Shown: positions 51,602-62,908, counted from the stretch's first letter. The stretch: 64,000 bases of DNA from Candidatus Marinacidobacterales bacterium (GCA_965237955.1 OZ250169.1:7072001-7136000); one strand, 5' to 3'. Translations and numbers: made by a program. Notes: generated by a model not told the origin, from the sequence alone.

Positions 51602-54250
51602 CTACGACCGAAGGCGGATCACGCCCTCCGTCCCGTCTACCTCGACCGTCTGGCCGTCGCGTAGCTTCGATACGACCCTGTCAACCCCTACGACGCACGG
51701 CTTTCCGTACTCGCGCGCGATCACCGCGCCGTGCTGGAGAACCCCACCGACTTCGAGCACGACCGCTGCAGCGTTCACGAAAAGCGGCGTCCAGCCGGGG
51801 TCCGTCGTGTAGGCGACCAGCACGTCCCCCTTCTCGACCGGCTTGTCGCGCGGGTTGCGGAGCACCTTCACCGGCCCCGTCACCGACCCGGGTGACACGG
51901 CCATGCCCACGAGCTCGCCGGGCTTCCCCTCGCGCGGAGGCGGGCGAAGGATTCGGCCGCGCGAGTCGATCACTTGCGGGAACTCCGTCACGTGGGCGGC
52001 GAGCTGCTTCGCGAAGCGCGTCCGCTCCGCGCGGAGCCCGCCGAGGTCCAACGCGGGATCGCGGGCGGCCGCCTCGAGGTCGCGAAACGTCAGGTCGAAG
52101 ACGTCCTCGGCCGCGTCGAGACGCCCCTCGTTCACCAGGCGCTTCCCCTCGATCAGGGCGCGCTTGCGAATCGCGTAGGTGAGCAAGACCGCGTGGTACT
52201 TGGGCGTGTCGCGGGTTCCGCCGAACAGCTCGATGAGTCGGTGGACGCGTCGCAGCAACGCTCGCCGCAGCCAACCCGAGCGGCGCAGCAGCTCTTCGTA
52301 GGCGCGCCGCCGCTCCTCGACGTTGCGCTGGTGCGCGACCTCCGGGTCGAAGCCCGCCTCGTCGACGGCCATGAAGGACATCTGCTGCAGCGCGAGGGTG
52401 GGGTCGTCGGCGTAGCGCGGGCTCGCCACGTCCATCTCGTGCGGGCCGCGACAGCCGAACCGCCGCAGGAAGGCGTCCCACTCGCTCGAGAACTCAGCCG
52501 GCATCTCGCGCTTCTCGATCCGCTCGGCCAGCCCGGTGATGTCATCGAAGTCGGGGCGGTCCAACAGCTTGGCCAGTCGGAACAGCGCGATCCCCTGCTC
52601 GACGACGAGGTTGCCGGTGAAACCCCGCCTTAGCTTCTCGGCCAGGGCCCTCGCCTCCTCCGACTTTCTCGGGATCAAGAAGTCGGGCGAGACCAGCCCG
52701 GCGACTAGCGCCGGCATCGTCACGTTGAACATCTCCCGCCATATGCTTTGCGTGTACGTCCGTGCGAACTCGTCGAGTGGCAGGTCGTAGTCGAGGTTCC
52801 CGGTGAACTCCGCCTCAAAGGCGTCGACCTCCCGCTGGTACGCGCGCCGCGCGCGCGCCGGCGTGAGGAAGGCTCCGAGCGCGCTCCAGAAGAACCCGCG
52901 CAGCAACCAGAGGAGTTCGGGAATGAGCAGCAAGAGTCGGAGTCGCAACCACGGAGGCCGCGCCGCCGCGCGGTGCTGCTTCGGATCGATGTTGGCCAGG
53001 ATCTCTGCCAGCAGCGCGTCGGTGAGGGCGGTGTTCTTCGCCATCGCCCTGGGACTCATCCCTAGCCACATGAAATTGGAGAGGTTCATGTAGAATCGGC
53101 AGCCCGCCGTGAACACCAGACCCCCTGCGGGCGTGAAGTCCTCGACTCCGAGGAGTCTCTTCATCACTCTCGAGTACAACATGTCTTCTATCCAGGCGAG
53201 GCCGAGCGCCGAGATCGGCTCGTTGGTGGTCAGGCCCTTCGAGAGCGCGGCGTCCGCGTACAGCCGCCTGCGTTCGCCTGGGTTCGTCACCATCTCGGGC
53301 GGGAGCGGCACGTAGGTGGTGATGGGGCACGCCTGCAGGACGTGGAGGTGACCATCGGCGTAGGCCCACTCGATGTCCGTCGGGTGCCCGTAGAGCTCCT
53401 CGATGCGACACAGCACGTCGAGGAGCTCGCCGAGCTGGGCCTCACTCAAGGTCAGGTCCGCCCCGCGGTATCCTTCGCGTTCCACCGTGCCCCCGTCGCG
53501 ACCGAGCCAGATCGAGACTTGCTTGGCGCCGAGCTTCTTCTCGACGAGTTTGGCACTCACCTTGTCCACGACGAAGTGGTCGGGCGACGCAAGCCCTGCG
53601 ACGACCGACTCGCCGAGCCCCCAGTTCGCGTCGATGACGGCCTCGTCGTAGTCGTTCGTGAGCGGGTTGAGCGAGAAGCCCACGCCGGACACCTCGCTGT
53701 CGATTTGCTGCTGCACGACCACGGCGATATGCGGAGAGAGCACGTCGAAGTCCTGCTCAGCCTTGTACACGAGTACGCGCTCATCGAGGCTAGAGGCAAA
53801 GCAGAGTCGGACGGCGTCCTCCAGACTCTTAAGGTGCACCCCCAGGCGGGTCTCGTAGCCGCCCGCAAACGACGCCGACGCCAGGTCTTCCTCGGGCGAG
53901 GACGAGCGCACCGCGAACAGCGCGTCGTCGCCCAGCGCACGGAGGTTCTTGCGCAGGTCCGCCAGAGCTTGCCGCTGAGTCGCCGTCAGCGGGAGGGTCG
54001 GGCAGAGCCCCTTCAGCTCGTTGCAGAGGATCGCCCACTTGTCGGGCGTCGCCTCCGACAGCGCCGTCCACGTCGAGGACGCCCGAATCTCGTCGAACCA
54101 GGGCGCGAAGAACTCCGTGGTGAGTACGGCGCCGGGCGGAACGGGCAAGCCCGCCTCGAGCATCCGGATCAGCGAATAAGCCTTGCCGCCGACCTCCGCG
54201 ACGGTCGTCTGCTCGGTGCCGGGAAACGAAACGACCAGGGTCACGTCCAT
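51602..54250 (-). CDS. PEP-synthase-like / rifamycin-phosphotransferase-like enzyme (ATP-grasp, central domain, His swivel domain)
   Basis: VGGKAYSL, AVRSSSPEED, WGLGESVV, DIEWA, TTDPGWTPLF and LQHGAVIAREYG. Confidence 0.85.
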   Translation of the reverse strand: MDVTLVVSFPGTEQTTVAEVGGKAYSLIRMLEAGLPVPPGAVLTTEFFAPWFDEIRASSTWTALSEATPDKWAILCNELKGLCPTLPLTATQRQALADLRKNLRALGDDALFAVRSSSPEEDLASASFAGGYETRLGVHLKSLEDAVRLCFASSLDERVLVYKAEQDFDVLSPHIAVVVQQQIDSEVSGVGFSLNPLTNDYDEAVIDANWGLGESVVAGLASPDHFVVDKVSAKLVEKKLGAKQVSIWLGRDGGTVEREGYRGADLTLSEAQLGELLDVLCRIEELYGHPTDIEWAYADGHLHVLQACPITTYVPLPPEMVTNPGERRRLYADAALSKGLTTNEPISALGLAWIEDMLYSRVMKRLLGVEDFTPAGGLVFTAGCRFYMNLSNFMWLGMSPRAMAKNTALTDALLAEILANIDPKQHRAAARPPWLRLRLLLLIPELLWLLRGFFWSALGAFLTPARARRAYQREVDAFEAEFTGNLDYDLPLDEFARTYTQSIWREMFNVTMPALVAGLVSPDFLIPRKSEEARALAEKLRRGFTGNLVVEQGIALFRLAKLLDRPDFDDITGLAERIEKREMPAEFSSEWDAFLRRFGCRGPHEMDVASPRYADDPTLALQQMSFMAVDEAGFDPEVAHQRNVEERRRAYEELLRRSGWLRRALLRRVHRLIELFGGTRDTPKYHAVLLTYAIRKRALIEGKRLVNEGRLDAAEDVFDLTFRDLEAAARDPALDLGGLRAERTRFAKQLAAHVTEFPQVIDSRGRILRPPPREGKPGELVGMAVSPGSVTGPVKVLRNPRDKPVEKGDVLVAYTTDPGWTPLFVNAAAVVLEVGGVLQHGAVIAREYGKPCVVGVDRVVSKLRDGQTVEVDGTEGVIRLRS

Positions 54251-54458
54251 ACCTTCGCGCTCGGTTCCAGGAACGCCCGGGCCTTCTCGACTATACGGAT
54301 ACCGTTCCTGACATCGTCGTCACCGCGGAAACGGTTCTGACCGTATCAAAGTCTCATCCTTTATTTGCCGCAAAGCGGCGCCGAGGATCGCGACTCCGTA
54401 AAGGCTAACGAGGAGCCGGCGTCTTGTCTAAGTTTATCGAGGTCGCGAAATCGCGTGA

Positions 54459-55508
54459 TCACTTTTTCTGGTCGCGCCGAAGCTGGGCCTCCAACACGAG
54501 CTGCGTGGTCGTTCGGACTCTCCGAGCGCTCGCGGGAATTCTGCAGGGAATGAAGTGGAACCGACCGCGACGAGCGACGACGAGGCGGAACGCCGCCTCC
54601 TCCTCGGTGAGGCCTTCTGAAAAGCACCGGCAAATCCGCCCCTCCAGCAGTTGAATCTCCCCGGTGTACGGTCCTTTGACATAGAGAACGCCGGTGGCTC
54701 GCGCGGCTTCCAGTATCTGCAGCACGTCGGCGTTGTCGAAGTACCCGAGGTTTCCCGATAGCTCGACATTCCCGCTCAGATAACGCTCGGAATCGATAGC
54801 AGCGAGCTTCGGAGCGAGAGCCGTCTCGGACGCATCGCTCCATTCGATCGGCTCGACGCGATCCAAACTCGGAATGTCGAGCCATGCGTCGAAATCGTGG
54901 CCCGGTACATCGAGCTCATGGGCTTGTCGAAGCGGCACCGATTCCCGGGCTAGCTCCGGGACTCTGGCAGACTCGATTGGCTCCGCGAGCAAAGGCGCTT
55001 CGAGCACAGGATCCGTAAGCAAATCCACACGATCATCATCGACTTCCGCGGGCGAGCGTTCGGCGCGGAACATGATCTGTAAGTCCGGATCGGAGTCGGA
55101 GTCCCAGATTAGTCCTTCGATAGGAGCGCCTGCGGGAGGAATGACCGCGCGGCCCTCGGTGCCGCCGAGACGACGAATCAACTTCCTAGTGAACGGTGAT
55201 AGCTGGGTGAAAAGGATGCCGTGGGTGCAATCGAAGGACTCGCGCGGGCGTCGGGTGTTCTCGCGCCAGACGATGCGCGCTTCGGCCCGGAACAGAAAGG
55301 AATACCCGTTGCGAACGTTGATGGTCACGACTCCGCCACTATCGAGCGCAGTGTCGGTGCGGACGCACGCGCCCAGCTCCGAGAGGTCTTTGATGTCTCC
55401 ATGGACCAAAGGAGCGGCCCTGCCGGCGAGAAACATCGACAGGTGGTTTTTGGGGACGAAGCGCGGTGAGGTTCTCGACTCGTCTCGAAAGGAATCCCCA
55501 TGGGCCAT
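54459..55508 (-). CDS. PilZ + DUF4388-like domain protein
   Basis: RTSPRF...IKDLSELGACV...ARIVW...HGILF; C-terminal LSGNLGYFDNADVLQIL...TGVL...GEIQLLEGRI. Confidence 0.75.
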   Translation of the reverse strand: MAHGDSFRDESRTSPRFVPKNHLSMFLAGRAAPLVHGDIKDLSELGACVRTDTALDSGGVVTINVRNGYSFLFRAEARIVWRENTRRPRESFDCTHGILFTQLSPFTRKLIRRLGGTEGRAVIPPAGAPIEGLIWDSDSDPDLQIMFRAERSPAEVDDDRVDLLTDPVLEAPLLAEPIESARVPELARESVPLRQAHELDVPGHDFDAWLDIPSLDRVEPIEWSDASETALAPKLAAIDSERYLSGNVELSGNLGYFDNADVLQILEAARATGVLYVKGPYTGEIQLLEGRICRCFSEGLTEEEAAFRLVVARRGRFHFIPCRIPASARRVRTTTQLVLEAQLRRDQKK

Positions 55509-55737
55509 AACAGTTTCCAGGTTTTGAATAGCCAGAACGAGGGCCACAGCCGCTCTGGACGAGCCGCCGCCTCGTGCGCCAATAACAGAAACGCAGTGCT
55601 GGGGAGATGCAACCTACTCGTTTTGGCGCCCCATTGTCAAATCGAAGTTTGGAACCGGTGCAATGCTCGTGCCTCGACCTCACCCTCATACGCCAGTTTG
55701 ATAGGATTCCGCCACTCAACCGCAGGAGGTGTTCACA

Positions 55738-56007
55738 ATGAAGATGTTCGCATTTCTGTTTGTGAGTTTCGCGATATACCCAGGCCATCCGAACGGGAGC
55801 GCCCGGATCAGACTGGACGCATATGCGTATTTTCCGGCTCGAGAGCTTCGCGAGCTGGGATGCTTTTTCCGCCGGCCTCGATGCCGCCACGAAACGTGTT
55901 TACCCGGCGAGGCCGAGCGACGTGAGCTCATGGCGCCCGGGCCCGGCCTGCGTGATCTGGTGCGCCAGGAAATCTGGCGTGAGCAAACCCTTTCGGGCTC
56001 GAGCTGA
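55738..56007 (+). pseudogene. Probable frameshifted small secreted protein
   Basis: Strong AGGAGG RBS and hydrophobic start MKMFAFLFVSFAI; protein-like sequence switches between frames (WTHMRIFRLESFASWD...; EAERRELMAP...RQEIWRE). Confidence 0.35.
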
Positions 56008-56102
56008 GTCCGAGAGGCTCGAAGCAAGGAGCGAGCCGTTCGCGCAAGTTAGCAGGCGCGATACGGTGGGTCGTTCTTGGGGCATGGGACACTTCGGAGA
56101 CT

Positions 56103-57293
56103 TCAGCTTTCGCGAAGTGCGGACGCGATCGGCAAACGCGCCGCACGGATGGCCGGGAAGAGCCCACCGACGAGGCCGATGAGAGCGGCGTAGGTGATCG
56201 CCATCACCAGAAGCGCAGGCGTCACGTCGAACGCGAAGGCCACCTGCGAGAAACTCTGAAAGTTCATCGTCGCGGTGCGGAAGCCGTCGAAGGCGAAATA
56301 CGCCACCGCCGCCCCGAAGACGCCACCTATTAGTGCGAGAACGAGCGCTTCGACCAGCACCGAGATCACCACGGGACCATTTGCGAAACCCAGGGCGCGC
56401 AGTGTCGCGATCTCCCGCGTGCGTGCCGAGACCGCGCTGTACATCGTGTTGATCGCCCCGAGAACAGCGCCGAGGCCCATCATGCCCGCAATGATCGCAC
56501 CCAGCACCGAGACGAGCGTCGTGATGGCTTCGGACTGCGCTTCATAATATTCATCCTGGCGTACGACTTTCACGTTCAGCCGGGGGTCCGCGGTGAGACG
56601 GTCCTTGAACCCTTGAAATGCGTCTGGACTCTCGAGCTTGGCATAGACCGCCTGAAACGAGCTGCCGCGACGATACGCAGGCTGTAGGACACCCGCATCC
56701 GTCCAGATCTCCGATTCGGAAATGCTACCGTTCGCCGCAAAGACACCGACGATCTCCCAGTTCTCCCGCCCAACCGGTATCGTACCGCCCAGATCGAGCC
56801 CAGCGAACTCTCTGACGGCACCCACGCCGACGATGACTTCGTTCTTCCCCCACTCGAAAGCGCGGCCATCGATGATCTCGACGTCAGTGCGCACACCGAA
56901 CGCCATGGGCTCGACGCCTCTGAGCGGCACGTTAGCGTCCGTGCCAGTGGAGCGCTTGGGAACGTTGATGATCACGAACAGCTCCGCCGATGCCACCGCT
57001 CCGTCGCTGCTGCGCGCGATGCCTTCGGTGTCGGCGATGATTCGAGTTTGATCGCGAGAAAGACCACTCATCATTTCCGAGTCCGCGCCACTCCGCAGAA
57101 CCAGCGCGGTATCCGCACTTCCTGACGCCTCCATCACCTGACGATATCCCTGGCCGATCGAGAGCACGCCGACGAGGACCGCAACGACGCCGGCAATCCC
57201 GAAAATGGCGGACGCCGAGGAGCCCTTGCGCTCTCCGATCGATTGAGCGTTGAACTGAATCAGGGCGAAGAGCTGTGCGAACCAACTGATCAT
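56103..57293 (-). CDS. MacB/FtsX-type ABC transporter permease
   Basis: NTMYSAVSARTREIATLRALGF and GGLFPAIRAARLPI. Confidence 0.9.
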   Translation of the reverse strand: MISWFAQLFALIQFNAQSIGERKGSSASAIFGIAGVVAVLVGVLSIGQGYRQVMEASGSADTALVLRSGADSEMMSGLSRDQTRIIADTEGIARSSDGAVASAELFVIINVPKRSTGTDANVPLRGVEPMAFGVRTDVEIIDGRAFEWGKNEVIVGVGAVREFAGLDLGGTIPVGRENWEIVGVFAANGSISESEIWTDAGVLQPAYRRGSSFQAVYAKLESPDAFQGFKDRLTADPRLNVKVVRQDEYYEAQSEAITTLVSVLGAIIAGMMGLGAVLGAINTMYSAVSARTREIATLRALGFANGPVVISVLVEALVLALIGGVFGAAVAYFAFDGFRTATMNFQSFSQVAFAFDVTPALLVMAITYAALIGLVGGLFPAIRAARLPIASALRES

Positions 57294-57303
57294 GACGAGA
57301 GCC

Positions 57304-58458
57304 TCAAAGCCGCCTGAGCGCATCCGCGATGCGTAGCCGACGGGCCTGGAGCGCGGGAAGCAATCCCGTGACGAGCCCGAGTGCCAAGACGAGTCCCACG
57401 CCGAGGACAACGTCTCGACGGGGGAAATAAAAGAGCGGGAGCCAGCCGCCGGTCGGATCGCCGGCGGAAACGAGAAGGCCCGCGATACCTAGCCCGGTGA
57501 GTCCGCCGAGCACCGCGATCGTCACCGACTCCCCGAGGACCAAGCCCAAAACCTGAGTGTCGGTGAATCCCACCGCCTTGAGGACGGCGAGCTCGCCGGT
57601 GCGCTCTCGTACCGACTGCGCCATCGTGTTCCCCGCTACCAGCAGAATCGTGAAGAACACGGCGCTGATGATCGCCGTGATCATCGCGCCGATGTTCCCG
57701 ATCTGCTCCGCGAAACCGGTGAGAAAAGCACCCTCGGTCTCCGCTTTCGTCTCGGCGGGCGAGTTCGCAAACATATCGTCGATCTCGCGCGCAACGCGAG
57801 CGGAGTCGTCGGGATCCTCGACCCGCACGACGTACCAGCTCACTTGGCCACGGAGGAATTGACGCGCTTCATCGAAGTAGTCGTAGTGGAAGAACAGCTG
57901 AGCGGTGTCGGTCCCCTGTTCGGCGCCGTCGTAGATGCCGACGATATCGAACTCCCACGTCAATTCGTTGCCGCTCTTGGGCCAGATCGTCGCCTGGATT
58001 GGAATCTTGTCTCCGATCTCGAAGCCGAAGCGCTCCGCAGTGGTGCGGCCTATTATCGCGCCGGTGCGAGTCCGGAACCACGCCTCCTTCTGCTCCTCCG
58101 GGAGGAGAAACTCGGGATACATCGCGAGGTACTCCTCGGGTTTGACGGGAAGCTGCGCAAAGAAGTTTCTCGGTTCTTGGTAGATGCCGCCGAACCACGT
58201 CGCGTGGGTCGCGTCGGCCACACCCTCGATCTGCTCCATGTCCGCCTCGTAGCTCACGGGAAGAAACTGGATGATCGAGACCTTGTGGCGCACCACGAGT
58301 CGATCCGCGCCGGCGACGTCGACGCCCTGGCTGAACGCCTGCTTGATCGCGGCCAAGTACCCGAACAAAGTAAAGGCGACGACGATCGACGCCAGGGTCA
58401 GGATCGTGCGGACCTTCTTCCTCTTGAAACTACTCCACACCAGACTCAGAAACTTCAT
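57304..58458 (-). CDS. MacB/FtsX-type ABC transporter permease
   Basis: NTMAQSVRERTGELAVLKAVGF and GLLPALQARRL. Confidence 0.9.
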   Translation of the reverse strand: MKFLSLVWSSFKRKKVRTILTLASIVVAFTLFGYLAAIKQAFSQGVDVAGADRLVVRHKVSIIQFLPVSYEADMEQIEGVADATHATWFGGIYQEPRNFFAQLPVKPEEYLAMYPEFLLPEEQKEAWFRTRTGAIIGRTTAERFGFEIGDKIPIQATIWPKSGNELTWEFDIVGIYDGAEQGTDTAQLFFHYDYFDEARQFLRGQVSWYVVRVEDPDDSARVAREIDDMFANSPAETKAETEGAFLTGFAEQIGNIGAMITAIISAVFFTILLVAGNTMAQSVRERTGELAVLKAVGFTDTQVLGLVLGESVTIAVLGGLTGLGIAGLLVSAGDPTGGWLPLFYFPRRDVVLGVGLVLALGLVTGLLPALQARRLRIADALRRL

Positions 58459-59192
58459 GCAACCGCCTCCTCGCTGAGCCTGCCTTCGTTCAGATAGAGC
58501 GTACGCGTCGCACGAACGGCAGCGTGGGGATCGTGCGTGACCAAGATGATGGTCTTCCCGTGGTCCTTGTTGAGAGCCTGCAACAGATCGAGGATCTCGT
58601 CGCCGTTTTTTCGATCCAGATCGCCCGTGGGCTCATCAGCCAGAAGCAGCGTCGGATCGGAGACGATCCCTCTCGCGATGCCGACTCTCTGCTGCTCACC
58701 ACCCGAGAGCGCCCGAGGGAGGTGTTTTTTCCGATGAGAGAGTCCGACGATATCGAGCACGGTATCCACGTGCTTCTTACGCTCGGCGCGAATAAGATGC
58801 GTGAGCAACAGCGGAAGCTCCACGTTTCGCTCGGTGGTCAGCACCGGGAGCAAGTTGTAAAACTGGAACACGAACCCGATGTGTCGTGCGCGCCACGCCG
58901 CGAGTTTCGACCGCGACAGCTGATCGATGCGGTCTCCGGCCACCGTGACCGATCCCGCGGAGGGGCGGTCGATGCCCCCGATCAAGTTGAGAAGGGTGCT
59001 TTTTCCCGAGCCGGATGGACCCATCAGCGCGAGAAACTCACCTTGGGGTACTTCGAGATCGAGCTTCTCGAGCACGTGGATCTCTTCCGAGCCACGCCGA
59101 AAGTACTTGGTCGCACCCTCGACCCGTACCAGGGTCTCGAAAACCTCGGGGGCTGTCTCTTCGCTCTGCGCGAGTGCGCTGTCACTGCTCAT
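58455..59192 (-). CDS. ABC transporter ATP-binding protein (LolD/MacB type)
   Basis: [25 protein letters not shown] and VTHD. Confidence 0.95.
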   Translation of the reverse strand: MSSDSALAQSEETAPEVFETLVRVEGATKYFRRGSEEIHVLEKLDLEVPQGEFLALMGPSGSGKSTLLNLIGGIDRPSAGSVTVAGDRIDQLSRSKLAAWRARHIGFVFQFYNLLPVLTTERNVELPLLLTHLIRAERKKHVDTVLDIVGLSHRKKHLPRALSGGEQQRVGIARGIVSDPTLLLADEPTGDLDRKNGDEILDLLQALNKDHGKTIILVTHDPHAAVRATRTLYLNEGRLSEEAVA

Positions 59193-60406
59193 GGACTCGT
59201 TACCTCCACTTCGTCCCCGTCGGCGAGATCCGACGGTCCCTGCACGACGACACGCTCGCCGCCTTCGATTCCCGCCATCACCAAAGCTTCTTCGCCCTCG
59301 CCCGGGTTCAGCCGCACGGCACGCCGCTCGACGCGATCGCGGTTGACCACGAACACCACATCGGTGCCGTCATCGCGACGCACTGCCTCTCTTGGTATAG
59401 CTACGGCTCGCTGGCCAACCTGTTCCGTTTGATCTTCCCGAAACGCGACTTTGACGCCCATATCGGGAAGAACGCGGGGATCGAGCTCCTCGAAGCCGAT
59501 GCGAACACGCACCGTGGCCCGATCCCGATCCGCCGTGGGGACGATGGCGATGACGTGACACGGGATTTTCCAATCCGGGTACGCGTCCAGAGCCGCCTCG
59601 ACTTCTTGTCCCGCGCGAACTCTATTAATGTAGCTCTCGTTGACGTCGACTTCGATTTCGAGCGATTCCATATCGACGACGGTACCAATTCCGGTGCGCG
59701 TGAACCCGCCCCCGGCGCTCACGGGTGAGATCATCTCGCCCGGCTGGGCGTCTTTCGTCGTGACGACGCCGGAAAACGGGGCACGGATGATGGTGTCTTC
59801 GAGCTGCTGTTTCCACACCGCGACCCGGCTCTCGGCGACGGATTCCTCTTCGCGTTGGCGGCCGAGACGCGCTTCGAGCGAATCGGCCTCGGCCTGGACG
59901 GCGTCGAGCGCCGCCTGGCTCAAGACTTCATCGTCGACCAGAGCCGTCGTCCGGTCGAGCCGCAACTTCACTTCGACCAGTAGGGCCTGGGTTTCGTTAC
60001 GCGCCGTTTTCGCGGCCCGTAACTCCGCCTCGGCGAGATGCAAGCCCGTCTGGACATTCGAAGCATCGAGTCGCGCGACGACCTGACCCTTCTCCACGCG
60101 CATGCCCTCCTCGATGAGGACTTCGAGCACCCTCGCCGTCACTTTGGACGACACGGTGGCCTTGGTGCGCGCCGTGACATACCCCGACGCGTTCAACACA
60201 GTTTGTGCCCCGTCGAGCGACGTTTCGCGAGCGACGCTCACCACGACGACTTTGCCGGGCGGTTTCATCAACCACCACGCCAAACCGCCGATCGCGGCAA
60301 CAGGAATGAGGATGAAGAGAAGGATCCACATCCACGAACGGGAGCGCGAGTCGTCTACGCCACTGCGATCGATCTTCAGGCCGTCAAGGCTGGTCTTTTC
60401 GGTCAT
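59189..60406 (-). CDS. Periplasmic adaptor (membrane fusion protein, MacA-like)
   Basis: N-terminal TM, ASGYV, coiled-coil hairpin, IRAPFSG and EVDVNE. Confidence 0.9.
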   Translation of the reverse strand: MTEKTSLDGLKIDRSGVDDSRSRSWMWILLFILIPVAAIGGLAWWLMKPPGKVVVVSVARETSLDGAQTVLNASGYVTARTKATVSSKVTARVLEVLIEEGMRVEKGQVVARLDASNVQTGLHLAEAELRAAKTARNETQALLVEVKLRLDRTTALVDDEVLSQAALDAVQAEADSLEARLGRQREEESVAESRVAVWKQQLEDTIIRAPFSGVVTTKDAQPGEMISPVSAGGGFTRTGIGTVVDMESLEIEVDVNESYINRVRAGQEVEAALDAYPDWKIPCHVIAIVPTADRDRATVRVRIGFEELDPRVLPDMGVKVAFREDQTEQVGQRAVAIPREAVRRDDGTDVVFVVNRDRVERRAVRLNPGEGEEALVMAGIEGGERVVVQGPSDLADGDEVEVTSP

Positions 60407-60477
60407 ATCCCCCGCTAACCCTCACCTTATAGACATGGGAGTGCAGGGATCAAGCTCTCCGCTTCAAAAAGTTAAGC

Positions 60478-61698
60478 TCAAACGACGCCGTCCCGCCGTA
60501 ACTCGTCGAGCTCCTCGGAGCTCATGCCCAACATCCCTTGGTAAACCTCTTCATTGTGGGCTCCGAGCTCTGGGCCTACCCAGCTCGTTCCGCCCGGGGA
60601 CTCGGTGAGCTTCGGGACCATATTGGGAAGCTTGACCTCGGTGCCGTCCGCCAGACTCGCTGTTTCGAACATCTCTCTCGCCTTGAAGTGTTCGTCCTCG
60701 ACGATGTCTTCCATGCTGTAGATGGGGCCGGCGGGCACTCGAGCCTTTTCGAGCGATGCGAGCGCCTCCGAAAACGTGTGCCGTGACGCCCATGCGGCGA
60801 TGGCGCGGTCGATCTCCTTTTCGTGCTGGACGCGGCCGTCGTTTTGCTCCAGCCGCGGATCGGAAGCTAGGTCTTCGCGTCCGGCCGCCCGCATGAGGCG
60901 TTTGAAGATGCTGTCTCCATTGCCACCGATAATGATGTACTTGCCGTCGCGACACTCGTAAGTGTTCGACGGAACGATGCCGGAGAGCTTAGAGCCCTGT
61001 CGCTCGCGCACCTCCCCGAGGAGGTCGAACTCCGGGAGCGCGCTCTCCATCATGTTGAACACTGCTTCGTAGATGGCGACGTCGACGACTTGACCTTTGC
61101 CGTCGCCACCATGCTCCCGATGATAAAGCGCGGTGAGTAGGCCGAGGGCAGCGTGCAGCCCGGCGATGGTGTCACCAAGGCTCAAGTTGGAGCGCACCGG
61201 CGGTCTATCGGGATAGCCGGTGACATACCTCAGACCGCCAACGCCCTCGGCGACGGACGCGTAGCCAGGCTCGGCACTCCGCGGTCCCGTCTGCCCCCAC
61301 CCCGACACCCGCACCATGATGAGACCCGGATTCTCAGCCTTCAGCTCATCGTGGCCGAGCCCCCATTTCTCGAGCGTCCCGGGCTTGAAGTTCTCCAATA
61401 GCCCATCCACTTTGGTGGCAAGCGATCTCGCGATCTCCTGCCCTCGTGGATCGCGGAGGTTGAGGGTAATGCTCATTTTGTTGCGCCCCATGATCGCCCA
61501 CCACAGGGACGTACCGCCGTGCATGCCGCGCCACGCTCGGAGCGCATCGCCTTTACCGGGGGGTTCGATTTTGATGACTTCGGCTCCGAACCACGCCAGG
61601 AGAGTCGCCGCGAACGGGCCGGCGAGAAGCTGCCCCATCTCGAGAATCTTGAGTCCTGACAACGGGGACGGGTGAGACTTCGCTTCCGTCATGGGCAT
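60478..61698 (-). CDS. CaiB/BaiF family III CoA-transferase
   Basis: GQLLAGPF, FGAEVIKIE, RNKMSITLNL, ENFKPG and SLGDTIAG; GGAG RBS before MPMTEA. Confidence 0.92.
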   Translation of the reverse strand: MPMTEAKSHPSPLSGLKILEMGQLLAGPFAATLLAWFGAEVIKIEPPGKGDALRAWRGMHGGTSLWWAIMGRNKMSITLNLRDPRGQEIARSLATKVDGLLENFKPGTLEKWGLGHDELKAENPGLIMVRVSGWGQTGPRSAEPGYASVAEGVGGLRYVTGYPDRPPVRSNLSLGDTIAGLHAALGLLTALYHREHGGDGKGQVVDVAIYEAVFNMMESALPEFDLLGEVRERQGSKLSGIVPSNTYECRDGKYIIIGGNGDSIFKRLMRAAGREDLASDPRLEQNDGRVQHEKEIDRAIAAWASRHTFSEALASLEKARVPAGPIYSMEDIVEDEHFKAREMFETASLADGTEVKLPNMVPKLTESPGGTSWVGPELGAHNEEVYQGMLGMSSEELDELRRDGVV

Positions 61699-61742
61699 CG
61701 ACTCCTTCGGCATGTCGTCCGAGGGTATTATAGTGACCGCCG

Positions 61743-62675
61743 ATGAAGCTGCCGAAGAAAGTCAACATCGTGGACGTCGGACCTCGCGACGGTTTTCAAA
61801 CGGAGCAGGCGTTCATCCCGACGGATTTGAAGATCCGCGTCATCGATGCGATCTCCCGGTCGGGAGTCCGCAAAATCGAGACGACCTCGTTCGTCAGTCC
61901 CAAAGCCGTCCCCCAGATGGCCGACGCGCGCGAAGTATTGCACCAGATTCAACGAGCGAAAGGTGTACGCTACACGGTCCTCGTTCCCAACACCCGGGGC
62001 GCGGAGCTCGCCGGCGAAGAAGACATCGACGGGATCCGGCTCGTCGTCTGCGCCAGCGAGACCTTCAACCAGAGAAACGTGCGCATGTCCGTCGACGATT
62101 CGGTACGAGAGTGCGAAGCGATCGTCGAGATCGCGTCGAGACGAAACGTTCCGGCAGAAGTTGCCATCGGCGTCGCGTTTGCCTGCCCTTTTGAGGGCCC
62201 CACTCCCGAAGATCGCGTCTTGGACCTCGCGCGGACGTTCGCGCGTATGGGAATTCGGGAGCTCTCGATCGCCGACACCGTGGGGATGGCGAACCCGAAA
62301 CAGATAACCCGGCTCATGACACGGTTGCAAGAAGAGCTCGGAGGCGACGTCGAGCTTTCGCTCCACATTCACAACACGCGTGGGCTTGGATTCGCCAACG
62401 TCCTCGCTGGACTTCAAGTGGGGATCGATACCTACGACGCCTCGATCGGCGGCTTGGGCGGATGTCCGGTGACTCCCGCCGCGACCGGCAACATCCCGAC
62501 CGAAGACCTCGTCAACATGTGCGAGGAGATGAACCTCGAGACCGGGATCGACATCGACCGAGTGATGGAGGCCTCACACATCATGGAAGACTTTCTCGGA
62601 CGGCGCCTACCGAGTCACGTCCTCCTTTCGGGGACGAACCAGCAAAGCTTCGAGCGCCATTCGCGCTCGCGATGA
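61743..62675 (+). CDS. Hydroxymethylglutaryl-CoA lyase family protein
   Basis: VGPRDGFQ, SFVSPKAVPQMAD, ADTVG, LHIHNTRG, GGLGGCP and GNIPTEDLV. Confidence 0.92.
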   Translation: MKLPKKVNIVDVGPRDGFQTEQAFIPTDLKIRVIDAISRSGVRKIETTSFVSPKAVPQMADAREVLHQIQRAKGVRYTVLVPNTRGAELAGEEDIDGIRLVVCASETFNQRNVRMSVDDSVRECEAIVEIASRRNVPAEVAIGVAFACPFEGPTPEDRVLDLARTFARMGIRELSIADTVGMANPKQITRLMTRLQEELGGDVELSLHIHNTRGLGFANVLAGLQVGIDTYDASIGGLGGCPVTPAATGNIPTEDLVNMCEEMNLETGIDIDRVMEASHIMEDFLGRRLPSHVLLSGTNQQSFERHSRSR

Positions 62676-62908
62676 AGCTCCTCGGTTGTTAGTGAAAAAA
62701 AATCCGACCCGTCCAGGGTACGCAGCGTGGCAGGGTGGCACATGTGTGCCGGTTTGACGGCGGGGCGGTCTCGATGGCGTCGGAGAGGGATGGAGCTGTC
62801 AAGAAACGGATTTGGCGCCAGATCCACGTGGGGAACGCGGAAAACGCTCCGAGAGGCAGACCGGTATCGTCGAGCGAGCCCATCGAGTCTTGCGTCGCCG
62901 GCGGGAAT

